This document shows, piece after piece, positions 12,401 to 21,169 of a DNA stretch of 64,000 nucleotides. The stretch is taken from IMG/VR virus record IMGVR_UViG_2716884766_000001, positions 32,001 through 96,000 of that record; one strand, given 5' to 3'. The notes beneath the pieces were generated by a model. That model saw only the letters and a program-made list of their open reading frames with translations, did no database searches and was not told the DNA's origin. The translations under genes were made by a program, and so were the position numbers. Numbering within the stretch: position 1 is the first letter of the stretch; each line of letters opens with the position of its first letter. This stretch comes from a virus.

Positions 12401-15400
12401 CTTGAATTGATACCCCACTACCACCTGTAGGAGCTACAGATTCCTGTGATACGGTATATGTACCTGGCGTAAAGTTAGCAGAACTATTCTGACTATTGAC
12501 GCTAAGAGTAGCTACACCACCGTAGTATGGGTCATCAATAAAGATTTCAGGGGCAGTACGGTAATTACTACCTCCATCACCATTTATAGCTATATTACTT
12601 ATAGTTCCTATCTCAGGACCTGATGAAGGAACGATAGCAGCAACGTTTGCTTGCTCACCACCAACTGCTGTTATTTTTGCTTGGTTTGATCCTGCGTATA
12701 TCTTATTAGTAGCAGCAATAGCAGTGGTAAACATGATGAAACCACGAGTAGCAGCACCTGGTAGATTATTACGTAATGGTTGTACTCTAAGTGTAGATGT
12801 ATTTGGATCCCAACTGATTACCTTACCTCTAGCAGTATCACCGTCAAGAACTAACTTAGATGCTATAACGTCACCTGGATTAAAGTCACCAAAGATCTCA
12901 TCTAGTGTCAAATCTACAAAGTCTGGCATAGAGCAGACAACAGCAGGAGGATTAGCACCATCATATCCAATACCCGCTTCTAATACTGATACGTCTTCTA
13001 GTTTACCTGAGATAGTAGCAAATGCTTGAGCACCACCACCTGACCTTTCTACACCTGTAAATTTAGGGAATGTAGAATAGTTTCTGCCTGGATCACCTAT
13101 GTTGATACTAGCAATACCACCTGAAGGGAATATAGAGTTAGTAGAGTATGAAATCAGATTAGCAGCTGTATAGTTATTCTCTGGTTCTCTTGCTAATATA
13201 AAGTTAATTGTAGTTGTAGTAGGAATTGCTGTGACTGTGTTCGCTCCTAGGAATGGATCGTTAACTACGCTCAGGTAGCTACCAGATACACCACCATTGA
13301 TATCAAAGTAGAATAATGTGCCAGGTACATCATCTAGTGATATAGTAATTGATATTTGTTCTCCTGTAACTGGATCATTCTCTGATCCAACAATATTTTT
13401 ATATGTGAATACATTAGTATTCTCTTTATCAAAGGTAAACTCTAGTCTCTTACCAGTATTAGATGAGTCAGTGGTGTTAAACTTATAAAGGTGACCGTTG
13501 ATAAGATCTAACTTAGGTTCTTTGACATACACTACACATGCTGTAGTAATAGCAGTATCAGTTATAATACCAACTGCTTTCTTGAACTGGAATCTTCTTC
13601 CTGTGCTTATACCTGTAACTGTGAACGTACCATCATAGTCAACTGGGTTAGTTCCTGTAATAATAACCTCATCACCTATCTTCACTTGATGGGCAGCTGT
13701 ACCTCTAGCAGTAAACTCTTGATTTATCTTACTAGGAGTGATGTAGAATCCATTAACACCACCAATATCGCTAGTAACAATAGGATCTAACTGCTCATTG
13801 TTGTAGTAACCACTACCTTCCTTTGTTAGAGTGACAGATGTTACCTCACCACTATTACCAACGACAATAGTAAACTCAGCACCTTCACCTGAAGAGGCAG
13901 AACTATTAGCAAGAGGAACGTTAGTATATGTGCCAGGTGTACCACCACTACCAGCTAACATTGTCCATTCATCTTGTACTATACCACCAGTCTTTTTGAC
14001 ATTACCAATATCTACAGAGAAGTTTTGACCTGTATTACCAATATTAGAGATATTGGCAGTTAGTACATCTCCATTGCTGTAATTCTTACCTGTATTCTGT
14101 ATAGAGACAGATGTGACCGTATTTCCACTTACGATGATATCAGCAGAAGCATTTTGCCCTGTACCGCCAATTAGAGGTACATTCGAGTAATTACCATCTG
14201 TGAGTCCTGTACCGCCAGTAATCGAGATATTAGCTTGTAATATCCTACCCTTTGAACTAATGATGAAATTAGTCAAATCAAAGTATTTAAAGTGATATTT
14301 GTCGTTTACAACCTTTACATCAATCTCACGGGTGTATTGGTTGTCTCCAATCGCAATATCAACACTATCGCCAATTTTTAAGAAATGATCAGTCGCTGTA
14401 GTGATAGTTCCAGTAATTACGTCTGTAGTCGAGTTTACAGAAGAAACAATCGCAGATGTGCCAGATCCAGAGATTTTAGACACTCTAGCGGAAACACCAC
14501 TTCCTCCAGTGCCTGTTTCGTCAAATATGAGTCTATCGTTAACTTTATAGTTGAAACCTGGACCTTCGATCAGATATTGGTCTAATCCACTTGAGAAGTA
14601 CCTATTTGTCGCAGATACGAATAATGAGTCAACAGAACCACCCTGAATGCTTGGGAAGAAGTCAAAGTACCCAATACCGACAGTTACGAAGCCAATGAAG
14701 GATTCATCGTTTTCTAAGACAATAGGAGTCGTAGAATCTTCCATAGCGAGTATATACTCGACTGGGTTGCCTTTATTCTTTCTTCTTACTAATGCTGTGT
14801 CTGTAGCAACATATGGACGTTTATAGCGAACTGCGTCTTCTGTAAAGTTTCTTTGGAGTCCATTTCCCTTCCAGTTGACATCTTCTGCCTGAGAGTAGTA
14901 ATTAGGTCCTACAAAGTAAGGAAACTTCGGATTTCCAGTTGTTCCGTCTAATGCTGTGAAATATGCGTATATACCAGCTGGATATTCGGGAGTTACGCAG
15001 AATCGACCATTATACTGATCTAAGTCGCCTAATCCTTCAACATATTCGTAATCTTCGATATATGTCCCCATCTTGTCGATTTGTGCCAAATCATTACCAA
15101 CTAACGCATCTCTTTCCGTTCTGATGCGATATGAGCTGATCATTTGCTTGATCTGGTTATATGGGTTCTTATTCTCTCTATCTGCGTATCCGTAAGGTCC
15201 GTAAATGGGATGTCCGTCAAATGACCATCCTAAGATCGGTGAATGCCTTGTTGGGTTTAATTCTGCGTATGTTGTGTCACTTACGTTATCTCCAAGTAAG
15301 AAACGCAACTTTTTGGGATTATATAAGTATCCGTACTCTCCACCATAGATTCCGAAGTTAGCACCTTTGATTGATACACCATTATTACTATCTGCTATTT

Positions 15401-18275
15401 TAGGTGATACAAACAGTGGATCTCCGACTTCATCCGCACTAGCAGCTAAGTTCTGCGTCAATATAGGTAATTCGACTTGGAAGGTAGCTCCAGAACCAGG
15501 ATACACGATATCAACAGTTGTTATACCAGAAGTGTAACCTACACCTCCATTAGTGACTGTAATACCCGTAACTTGCTGTGTACCAGAATCTATACTCGCA
15601 AAAGCAACCGCACCGACTCCATCACCACTAATAACAACGTCAGGAGCACCATAGTAGTTACTACCACCAAATGTCAAGATAATAGATACAATCTTACCAT
15701 TTACGATAGATGGGTAAGCAACAGCACCAGATCCAGATACTAGAGTGATATTTGGTCTTTGATTGTAGTTTGTACCATTGTTTGTGATTGTTATGCCTTC
15801 AGCTTCTAATCCACCACGAACAACCGCTGTACCAGTCGCACCTTGTCCACCACCACCAGATATTACCACTGTAGGTATAGATTGGTATCCTGAGCCAGGT
15901 GCGGACACGGATATAGCAGTTACGACTCCTGCGGTGATTGTAGCAGTCGCAGATGCTTCAACTGTAGGACTTCCACCCACAATACCAACTGTAGGAGCTT
16001 CCGTATAACCAGATCCTCCGTTTTCTACGTTTACCGCAAATAATGAACCAGATACGCTTACAGTAGCTTCAGCAGACAATCCTTCGTATTCCCAGAGGCA
16101 ACCACCGTCTTGTACTGGATCTGGAGTTGTATGTGTAGGTTCTTGTCCTAATTCTGCGGTTTTACCGCTTCCTAAGTTCTTATATCTGTATCCTAGACTA
16201 TTTCTGATTCTTTGGTTAAGAAAGAAGGATGTACCCTTTCTATGGATTGGTTCAAACTCTACAATCGGTGGATTAGTGATATCATACCCAGATCCCGCAT
16301 TTAGAACCGTAATTGACTTTACACCACCAAATAGTTTCGTTTCTACTGATTTATAGGAGAACATTGGTACTCCATTCACAGCAAACCCAACTTGACCCAC
16401 AGGAGTCGGAGTTTTGATAGATTTAGTAGTTGTTTCGAGAGGAATGCGTTTTAGATATCTCTGGTTGCCAGGATCTAGGTCTCCGCTGCCAAAAGGTCCT
16501 ATTTCATGACCAGGTACACCTGGTGACGCAATTATCGCATATTCTGAAGATCTGTAGACATTCTGTACATCAGATGGTGTATCCTCTAATCCTAAACGTA
16601 TAGATGTGTCAACTGACGTAGTTTTCGCAAATTCACGTGTAACTAGGAATGGTACGTCCACACCACGGATAGGAGTGCTAGGAATTAAGATACTAAACTC
16701 AAAATTGTTACTTACACCAAGTACAGTGAATGATGAGTTATATACGTCCTCTGGAGCGTTCAAAATGACAACTCTGTCTTCTCTTCTTAATCCGTGCTCT
16801 TGTTCAGTCGTAATATTCGCTACAACACTACCATCTGCCTTCGGAACGTCTAAAACTAGCAATGTTCCGTTTAGGAGCTTCTTAACGTTGTATACGAAGC
16901 TTTCCCAGATAGGATCTAACGCATCAAAGCCTGGTTCTGATGGTGTGGTGACTTTTGAGTCTTGTAAGTAATATTTACCGCCACTTACGATGTCTATTCC
17001 TCTTGTACCGCCAAATACCTTTAAACTGATCTTAGATTCGTCTCTATTGCTGTATCCAAAGATTTCATAGGAAGAAGTTACCTCAGATCCTGCAATATGG
17101 GGTGCATTGACTGTATCTTGTCTCGCACGGGTACATCCTAGGAACTGGGTGACTGTTTTGTCTGTATAGTTGATAATCTCGTCATCTATACGAATAGAGC
17201 CGTTCTGTTCTGGCCATCCAATAGTAGAGTCGACTGTTACGACGTTTTCCGTAAGGTTAGAACTTAGATCTTCAGAAAGGAGCGTTTTATACGGAGTTGT
17301 GAAACTTCCATCGCCATTTTCCGTATCTACATCTAATTCATAGATCTTTCCGTCTTCGGTAAACACCTCAACTACGGATTTTACGTATATACGTGCGGAA
17401 TTGACAAGAGGGTCGTTTGGATCGTTCTCTTGGAATAATACTTCACCTGTAAGTTCCACAGGGTTTCCGCTTATCGCTGTAGCACGAATAATCTCCCTTA
17501 CAGTGTAAAATGCGTCACTAGGTTTGAATATTCTTTCTTTAGGGTACTCAATAACTGCTTCTACACCAAAGAGCACTCTCATCAAGTACTTAAATGACCT
17601 TGATGTACCTTTAGCAGCGTAAAAGTCCTTAAGACGCTTAGTAACTGTTGATTGTTGGATTTGGGGGTCAAACTTAGAAGGGAATGACTCAGCAAACTGA
17701 TCTCTGAACCTCTGTAGTAAGAATAGAGGTAAAAGGTTGTTTAGGTTGACTACTGTAGCACCAAAAGCATGTGTAGCTGCTACAGATGTTGAAAATGTGT
17801 ACTCTGATAGTAAACCTATCTTGGTAGTGGCATGAAATCCTCTAACACACTCTTGAAACTGTGTTTGGGACTTACTCTTGTAGTATATGATCTCTTCGTC
17901 TATCATTAAGAGACCTTCCTTTGGAAAATCTCTAGTATTTCCTACGTCAATGACTGTTGAGTCTAAAGTCACCCCAGAGGACGCTGTAGTCGACTCTACG
18001 AGGTCATTTAGCTTGTCTATGTTATAATATTCATCTATGTTCTGTATTATGTCAACAGGGTTACCCTTTAGTTCAAGTGATTTAAAGTAATACTTGACAA
18101 ATTGTATAAAGTCAGGATAATCCTCTTGGATAAACTGAGGCATTTGCTCCTCAAGTCTATCCGAGACTTTAGATTTAGATTCTGGCGAAACCGAAGCGTC
18201 AATCGGGTCAACTGTGACCTCAGTTTGAGGTGTGACCCACGACGCAACTCTCCACGACGACTGCTCAGCTGGCAT
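3453..18275 (-). CDS. gp7: Baseplate wedge initiator gp7, giant multi-repeat form (4940 aa)
   Basis: N-terminal PQFIQEDYPDFIQFVKYYF and KDFYAAKGTSRSFKYL; YQEFSYVV...HPAGF core; many GxGY...P.V.I.GGGG repeats; a YHYH-like segment (HSPILGWSFDGHPIYGPYG...LDQYNGRFCVTPEYP); lies between gp6 and gp8. Confidence 0.85.
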   Translation of the reverse strand: MPAEQSSWRVASWVTPQTEVTVDPIDASVSPESKSKVSDRLEEQMPQFIQEDYPDFIQFVKYYFKSLELKGNPVDIIQNIDEYYNIDKLNDLVESTTASSGVTLDSTVIDVGNTRDFPKEGLLMIDEEIIYYKSKSQTQFQECVRGFHATTKIGLLSEYTFSTSVAATHAFGATVVNLNNLLPLFLLQRFRDQFAESFPSKFDPQIQQSTVTKRLKDFYAAKGTSRSFKYLMRVLFGVEAVIEYPKERIFKPSDAFYTVREIIRATAISGNPVELTGEVLFQENDPNDPLVNSARIYVKSVVEVFTEDGKIYELDVDTENGDGSFTTPYKTLLSEDLSSNLTENVVTVDSTIGWPEQNGSIRIDDEIINYTDKTVTQFLGCTRARQDTVNAPHIAGSEVTSSYEIFGYSNRDESKISLKVFGGTRGIDIVSGGKYYLQDSKVTTPSEPGFDALDPIWESFVYNVKKLLNGTLLVLDVPKADGSVVANITTEQEHGLRREDRVVILNAPEDVYNSSFTVLGVSNNFEFSILIPSTPIRGVDVPFLVTREFAKTTSVDTSIRLGLEDTPSDVQNVYRSSEYAIIASPGVPGHEIGPFGSGDLDPGNQRYLKRIPLETTTKSIKTPTPVGQVGFAVNGVPMFSYKSVETKLFGGVKSITVLNAGSGYDITNPPIVEFEPIHRKGTSFFLNQRIRNSLGYRYKNLGSGKTAELGQEPTHTTPDPVQDGGCLWEYEGLSAEATVSVSGSLFAVNVENGGSGYTEAPTVGIVGGSPTVEASATATITAGVVTAISVSAPGSGYQSIPTVVISGGGGQGATGTAVVRGGLEAEGITITNNGTNYNQRPNITLVSGSGAVAYPSIVNGKIVSIILTFGGSNYYGAPDVVISGDGVGAVAFASIDSGTQQVTGITVTNGGVGYTSGITTVDIVYPGSGATFQVELPILTQNLAASADEVGDPLFVSPKIADSNNGVSIKGANFGIYGGEYGYLYNPKKLRFLLGDNVSDTTYAELNPTRHSPILGWSFDGHPIYGPYGYADRENKNPYNQIKQMISSYRIRTERDALVGNDLAQIDKMGTYIEDYEYVEGLGDLDQYNGRFCVTPEYPAGIYAYFTALDGTTGNPKFPYFVGPNYYSQAEDVNWKGNGLQRNFTEDAVRYKRPYVATDTALVRRKNKGNPVEYILAMEDSTTPIVLENDESFIGFVTVGIGYFDFFPSIQGGSVDSLFVSATNRYFSSGLDQYLIEGPGFNYKVNDRLIFDETGTGGSGVSARVSKISGSGTSAIVSSVNSTTDVITGTITTATDHFLKIGDSVDIAIGDNQYTREIDVKVVNDKYHFKYFDLTNFIISSKGRILQANISITGGTGLTDGNYSNVPLIGGTGQNASADIIVSGNTVTSVSIQNTGKNYSNGDVLTANISNIGNTGQNFSVDIGNVKKTGGIVQDEWTMLAGSGGTPGTYTNVPLANSSASSGEGAEFTIVVGNSGEVTSVTLTKEGSGYYNNEQLDPIVTSDIGGVNGFYITPSKINQEFTARGTAAHQVKIGDEVIITGTNPVDYDGTFTVTGISTGRRFQFKKAVGIITDTAITTACVVYVKEPKLDLINGHLYKFNTTDSSNTGKRLEFTFDKENTNVFTYKNIVGSENDPVTGEQISITISLDDVPGTLFYFDINGGVSGSYLSVVNDPFLGANTVTAIPTTTTINFILAREPENNYTAANLISYSTNSIFPSGGIASINIGDPGRNYSTFPKFTGVERSGGGAQAFATISGKLEDVSVLEAGIGYDGANPPAVVCSMPDFVDLTLDEIFGDFNPGDVIASKLVLDGDTARGKVISWDPNTSTLRVQPLRNNLPGAATRGFIMFTTAIAATNKIYAGSNQAKITAVGGEQANVAAIVPSSGPEIGTISNIAINGDGGSNYRTAPEIFIDDPYYGGVATLSVNSQNSSANFTPGTYTVSQESVAPTGGSGVSIQVIISASNQDVTTANVLAGGANYSLGDLITIRGEDITGGSSADDFVLRVDSLDFVRKAVTGTTIDASIDQVIVSNSGSGFLSAPEVQISGGTGIDAVLRAEIIDETVSSIVIENAGTRFQNPPIITVKQGTGNGASILLKSSDLGKIISLGGDNITYNYSHDRTLKPSVNTNYNLQLTRTQIVDFFTVTNGGGSFVTKPTIELIGGGGSGAVMDAIIDNEVIQAITIANAGRGYSSTPAVQARITHSFVPLQSNSTLNFPYDTKIPLGTKVQLLEIDGTLPAPLQANVTYYAIAPSLANGLASNQLKMATTLANALAGSSITITGQPSIGSGGTATFNLTTTDLGDQITVSMTPASFAIGEKVYQGSSVASFSAQGIVKAWDSKGRVLSVEVEVGEFALNQPVFGLQSNAFGEIHDFDRSVANFTVSPIATATAEFKRTTGILDLNDQRLYDSDRYQEFSYVVNSPINVRDWKNQFKNSAHPAGFRVLGTQVVSQSAFKRYQRRSYYNGANPDPNDWWEQRFGDENKSFNGTTFFVPKPSASNTGKLARIENFVLGKPDYTATVPTNIQVVGKQLLDVRKILSAVVDKMDPINERTITFNGTDSNVVDISNEQITFANHGLISNQRVSYLVQGDRFQDARNLILGNLDYIIATTITWLEQSYPNLTDGTKPDYNADTCARDLRLIVIAWCNDLRYGGNKFSVDAAESYVVGGAIDYIVGETVETIAAIQYARDLAIQAIQNLLPFTDVTITQDPGGCADVQSAITVLAQIVWDAIDNPGNIPTQNVGNYPYVREGITLGGLPVGTYYVTRVDDDNFKLSTTTGGSVHTFVSALPITGSNGFTGTPSAATYNPVTGDLTFTVSSNTMTTSHTITLGLGAFTFTCAGDNHATTHAYPRSTDPAYNTPLAITNVVGNDVTINVGVADTTVDITALSTDSQHQLTVEFDDVNRNFQLRTRGTATVPTNKNQLMVTINGIVQNPTSYTLSGSTITFLEPPMRNSSVIIMYFKRSDISGNFQLDQFGDVITALNTTDGVYQGTGYTAGTYNNVPFTNKLSDGSGATGNIVVTNVLDSATFVTDNKYADARTLIDNNAGVIADIAVGLMNKYGTPVDNKVADAANLILMNKDFIAREAVDRMHADIPYTIANKRHFDAYNLIMANKDFIVWEAYYLFKTIDYPGYTHAQGYTEQDCRDDLMDILEAIAFNLLFGANNKVYDASFYYTSAYSSGSVIQGEEQQTIAAVNQMKGLMDKVILNETVSIAGDHGYEQYFEDVTYIYDGCASAKSAISTFVDIVVTAINTDLMIHVNKTEPTLFVEPTGNDEDCVDDVRDVLEAVAINAKFGGNSEVYDAAKYYVDGAHVAGEEIHTIYAFREADKIARQVIANEAVTVVGDHGEIQKYDGGITRSDNQCASARATIHTLMNIVEVAVDTNTMSAFTRTAPTGFNAPGLGDGQCKSDTRDVLNAVATNVAYGGNHTLYDTLNMYFVGSHVAGEEAETLYVFEEARQMVLKAIQQESFETYSHLNLTDKSQYKDPTITAYQSTDATQYNVTNAVYTATSGQVEITIGSHSLEVGTRVKLDDMSLTFKCAQDGSVTHHKYPRSTDWAYRKSLPILSKTGTTITLYVGESPTVNYQITDATYDPATGDMDMEVYNTQFNVSAATYNANTGSMTVNIGSHSMEIGEEIMFRPESLGFKCSMDGNNATKMYPRFGKDPFYDKALKIIAKTNNTITVNVGPSPLVNHTVTGSNYDPVTGLVELTIGNHILKVGDAITITDNSLVYQCLMDFYQTDHSYPRPSDPASGAALTITAVTDTSITIQSLSSTPSTNTSTHRWKPGYVANDAVQSGGGHTHTFQTAVTGAVVIPHGLRSERTLSIDSADYNPTTGIMTVTCENHGLTPTDEIIIDDNSLIFTCQEDSHASDHAYPRGSDPISELWQPITDVTRNTFKVQVLNTAPSTNTTDHIFKAAVAYNLHVRGTTLKISDGGITFTCDAAVGTHTFVSGTTNGITAGNGASGTFTAATGTTYDPLTGLMEVEIGTHSLTTSNTVTFADNSVTFTCAADNHATNHAYPRASDPSSGVAEAITAVSATTITVDVGIAGSSSSTHSYPRTDIVNHTVTNAVYTPADGDMVVTVVGHSMRKGDYVKFDDDSLTFTCAEDGNGSNHTYPRSTDPVSGKWLRIRNVTTDTFKVRVLDFIPSTNTTTHAFVSATSNGLKQKKDQAYDQPLSIVRSSIDRITVNVGIAATNASTHVYSSSLTNALTIGGNYTHTFLSATPNAVKQGYGVREACTAVQATVDTLMDLAYTALNQGNFSGITRTVGNHGDGYETAPTVQISGGSPTTAGSYVPVLAERGYVKSIGIIVGGVGYTNVPTVKITSKTGFNAAATATVSGGALTGITVDEGGFGYNDVTIEIIANPADTITTTATAAAIVGRHLERIVVQETGVGYASTPTLSLTGGSASTAAGTLSAPIARTTGAVTGVSLVSGGDGYKNTDVLGVDAADVGGTVGNSFQVEVETVTFNGTTTGFAATVGGSGYTLPANDRFLLFLNSHIQELGTAYSYSGTPSTINFTEAPKGNMDFYCFYVGQLQDMDSIAPFMNGTKKTFILKKNDQPFSLESDSTQVIPANNLIMFLNGVYQEPEVSYTLDGSILEFSEAPRAGSEVLIYIYTGSDLDIVIEDTYSALDPGDLLQVQSEGDIRRLATIASSSSLDTYEYTGLKPNVAIFQSVVVNGVVVQVNIIDSGSNYEVAPFLIFSGGGGSGAFAETIIEQGSGRVIGIKNLKGGSNYNTPPSVTPYHPIALERTQRDRAVSNGTFLYTTQLTGAIGQQTATIPVLDAYYNNGVGFPTNGELLIPFWNASTSTWGCERILYGSVDYAAETFTVTTNGRGFKNTGTALGFGYANGPESGNFNSSGTNCVITMGSNHNLQTGMERFIRFTSAIGNWPTGSLNGTYKITRASDTAFSISLPVSLTATGTMEILPTIRVYTV

Positions 18276-18277
18276 TA

Positions 18278-20152
18278 CTAACTATAACTTGATTCTGGTA
18301 CGACACCTGTTCCAGAAGTGTTTGAACCACTGGAAATCTCATCATCAATTACATTTACGACTAGATTATCTATACCCAATGTCAGATAGGTCTCTCTGAG
18401 AGAAACAATGTCATTAGATTCTGGAACTACGGAGAATTGTAAAATATTATCAGTAGCATTGACTACTTCAGTGATTACTAAGTCGTTAATAGTAATTTCT
18501 CCCATTGTATAGTCGATAGTTCCCCAGTTACCACCAATGTACTGTTTAGAACCATCTGCGTTAACATAATAAAGACGGATAGTTCCTAATCCATCATCAT
18601 TCAAGTAAAATACCTGATTACCGCCATCAGCACGTTTGAAACCATTAGTTTCCAAAGTTGGTGTATCTAATTGTGCGTTAATTCTGTTACCGAAGCAAAT
18701 TTTGTAATTGAATCTCTGATTTAGAGAAACAGGTACATTTTTACGCATTCTCACTTTTGTAATGTTGGATGTGATAGCTGGTTCCGCATCATCAATGATC
18801 TTTCCGACCTTAGAGTACTTAAACTTACCACCAAACTTGTTAAACTCAGCGGAAGCGTTTAATGTCTCCATTGTACGGTAAATAATTTGCTTTATATCTT
18901 CTTGACTTCTTCTAGTGTCGTTTGGGTTGAAATAAACATAAGAAACGAGGTCAATAAACAAAACAGATGGATCCATGATCTTGGGTTCTACCGCACCTAC
19001 TGAATATGAACGTATTTTCTTCGATACTGCATCTTTTTCAGATATAGAAAGACGATCTGCGTTCTTAGGTTTGATAACAACGATCACTTTACCGTATTCG
19101 GGTGGATCTGCCTCTTCACCACCAAAAGCAACGATAGATTGTACGTTAGGATAGATCTGAGGTATGATTGCTTCATAGTCCTTAGTAGTTACTGCTCTAC
19201 CGAAGGCAGAATAGAACTTAGGAGCAGAATATTTGATAGCATCAATGCTTTCTGGAGCCGCACCGCCATCTGGGACTGCTGTAAGGTCTAAAGTGATGCC
19301 AGAAGTGATAGGAGTGTTCCTAGAGTCTTTAACAGTACCCGCAAATGAGTATCCTGATAATCCATTAGGTCCTGTACCTATAGATGTTGGGTACTTTACT
19401 TCAATTACGTCACCATTAACTAATCCTTCGCCAAGGATACCATCACCGAAGATTATTTCGGGTCTCCTTGTCTCTGCTTCTTCTAAAAAGAAGACTTTAC
19501 TTATATTGTTTACTGTTGTTATATCTGTTGCCTGCAAATATGCATCAGTGACAGTTCCACGTGTTACTTCCACAGTCATAGCTGACGTATCAGCATTAAG
19601 GTTGCCTAAGATGAACCTCTGTCTTTCTGATTCTGTTTTTACGAACGTGTCAGTGATGAATATTCCTTCGTATGCTACTACATCTGTAAATGTTGCTTTA
19701 CCATCTAATGTATTAACTGATACGATCAAATCTTTAGGTATGGAGAAGATATAGTTCTCTCCACTCTCTCCAGTGAATGATGTAAACACCCCTTTATTGA
19801 TTTGTACTGATTCTGGGTATCCTCTACCATTCGCCCCTGTGCCATATATCGTCTGTACGACCACTGTAAAGGTCGCACGGGCACTTCTAGCACTCCTTGG
19901 GGTATATCCTATTAGTTTAGCTAACTTTACTACGTTTTCTCTTAGAACTGCAGTGTCTAAGAAGTTCTCGTTGATTGCTAGGTTGGCATTAACCGCTGAA
20001 TAGTAACTATTATAAGCAAGTACGTCTAAAAGAGTTGACAGAGAGGATCCTTCAAAGTCATAATCCGAAAATTCAGACTGTCCCTGTAGATATGCTTTTA
20101 GTTGTGCCTTAATCTCGTGAAATTCTAACGAGTTAACTTGGGTTAGTGCCAT
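18278..20152 (-). CDS. gp6: Baseplate wedge subunit gp6
   Basis: LEFHEIKAQLKAYL...FSDYDFEGS.LSTLLDVLAYN and RAVTTKDY motifs; follows gp25. Confidence 0.92.
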   Translation of the reverse strand: MALTQVNSLEFHEIKAQLKAYLQGQSEFSDYDFEGSSLSTLLDVLAYNSYYSAVNANLAINENFLDTAVLRENVVKLAKLIGYTPRSARSARATFTVVVQTIYGTGANGRGYPESVQINKGVFTSFTGESGENYIFSIPKDLIVSVNTLDGKATFTDVVAYEGIFITDTFVKTESERQRFILGNLNADTSAMTVEVTRGTVTDAYLQATDITTVNNISKVFFLEEAETRRPEIIFGDGILGEGLVNGDVIEVKYPTSIGTGPNGLSGYSFAGTVKDSRNTPITSGITLDLTAVPDGGAAPESIDAIKYSAPKFYSAFGRAVTTKDYEAIIPQIYPNVQSIVAFGGEEADPPEYGKVIVVIKPKNADRLSISEKDAVSKKIRSYSVGAVEPKIMDPSVLFIDLVSYVYFNPNDTRRSQEDIKQIIYRTMETLNASAEFNKFGGKFKYSKVGKIIDDAEPAITSNITKVRMRKNVPVSLNQRFNYKICFGNRINAQLDTPTLETNGFKRADGGNQVFYLNDDGLGTIRLYYVNADGSKQYIGGNWGTIDYTMGEITINDLVITEVVNATDNILQFSVVPESNDIVSLRETYLTLGIDNLVVNVIDDEISSGSNTSGTGVVPESSYS

Positions 20153-20550
20153 TATCGTTTCAATATAACTTCTAGGTTATCAATAACATTAGGCAAGCCA
20201 GTAATTAGATAATAAATCTCTACTCTCATATCATTGTCTCTTTCAATGAACTCTGATCTGACAGCATAACAAACCACACGTGGTTCATACTGGTTTATAC
20301 AATTTTGTATCTGTGCTTCTACAGCAGTAGACTGCCCACTCTGATACAATTCAAACAAAGCACCAATAATGTTCCCACCGTACTGAGGTAGGAATGGTTT
20401 CTCATAAAAGTTGTATCGAACAATGTTCTTTACAGACTCTTTGATTGCTTCTTCGTTTTTTAATGTATTAACGTCATTCGTTATTGGATTTCTTCTAAAA
20501 GTTAGATCAAAATCCTTAAACGCTCGACTTGGTAGGGCACCTTTTGCCAT
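20152..20550 (-). CDS. gp25: Baseplate wedge subunit gp25
   Basis: FKDFDLTF..NPITND, AIKESVKNI, EKPF.P..G and YEPRV motifs. Confidence 0.92.
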   Translation of the reverse strand: MAKGALPSRAFKDFDLTFRRNPITNDVNTLKNEEAIKESVKNIVRYNFYEKPFLPQYGGNIIGALFELYQSGQSTAVEAQIQNCINQYEPRVVCYAVRSEFIERDNDMRVEIYYLITGLPNVIDNLEVILKR

Positions 20551-20577
20551 ACTATACCTACGTATTCGACCTAGAAG

Positions 20578-20748
20578 TTATTTAGACACGTTTTCAAAGG
20601 GTTTTCTCTTCTTTCTTGGTCTATCTGATCTAGGATCGGTAATTAGGTATCTACAATACTCATTTCCATGGTCATAAAAGTGATCTGACATGTCAACGGG
20701 TATATTTGCGTTCCTTTTTCCGTCTACAATTCTATTTGCCTTGGCCAC
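20578..20748 (-). CDS. Small hypothetical protein (probable GTG start at 20748)
   Basis: ORF ending VDMSDHFYDHGNEYCRYLITDPRSD...; the longer track ORF overlaps the neighbouring gene. Confidence 0.55.
   Translation of the reverse strand: MAKANRIVDGKRNANIPVDMSDHFYDHGNEYCRYLITDPRSDRPRKKRKPFENVSK
20579..20585 (-). promoter_or_regulatory. Late promoter variant (CTAAATA) upstream of gp25
   Basis: CTAAATA on the minus strand ~30 nt before the gp25 start. Confidence 0.55.
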
Positions 20749-20869
20749 GATACATTTTCCTCGCTTTATTTCGGGATGTAGCAGAGTATTTAGAATGTTG
20801 TCCTTTACCCTGTCTTGTTTTCTTTGGTTTTGATTCAATACTGTTTCCAGTGTTCCATGTTACTGCCAT
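20732..20869 (-). CDS. Small basic protein (MAVTWNTG...KKTRQGKGQHSKYSATSRNKARKMYRGQGK)
   Basis: K/R-rich 45-aa ORF between PAAR and gp25; resembles a small protein I recall at this position in cyanomyoviruses. Confidence 0.7.
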   Translation of the reverse strand: MAVTWNTGNSIESKPKKTRQGKGQHSKYSATSRNKARKMYRGQGK

Positions 20870-20877
20870 AATTTTTG

Positions 20878-21165
20878 TTATCCTGCAAATACGTTTGATG
20901 ATCCTGCTGCGACTGATGTACAACCGCCTAATCCGTCTCCTACTCTACCACAACCTTTGCCATTGACAAAGACTGTACCACTTCCACTTGAAATAGAAGC
21001 AGAATGAGGTGGACATGGATTACCAGGTTTTAAGTGTGTGGTGTTCTTATCTCCTTGACGAGAAATAGGTCTACCATTAGCAAAGACGTTACCTGAACCC
21101 TGTGCTCTAGACATTCCAGAACAATGGGCTACATCTGCGTCTCCAACTCTTGTTACTGCGGGCAT
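20878..21165 (-). CDS. PAAR-domain spike tip protein (gp5.4-like)
   Basis: MPAVTRVGD..HC...GSGNVFANGRPISRQGD...H...GSGTVFVNGKGCGRVGD...GSSNVFAG repeats; start set at ATG 21165. Confidence 0.9.
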   Translation of the reverse strand: MPAVTRVGDADVAHCSGMSRAQGSGNVFANGRPISRQGDKNTTHLKPGNPCPPHSASISSGSGTVFVNGKGCGRVGDGLGGCTSVAAGSSNVFAG

Positions 21166-21169
21166 GTGT

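Noticed and set aside
567-20003. Many plus-strand ORFs of 60-200 aa opposite vrlC, gp7 and gp6 (and likewise opposite the fibre and hub genes)
   Set aside because: They are antisense shadows of strongly coding minus-strand genes, with P/T/V/S-rich translations and no recognisable motifs.
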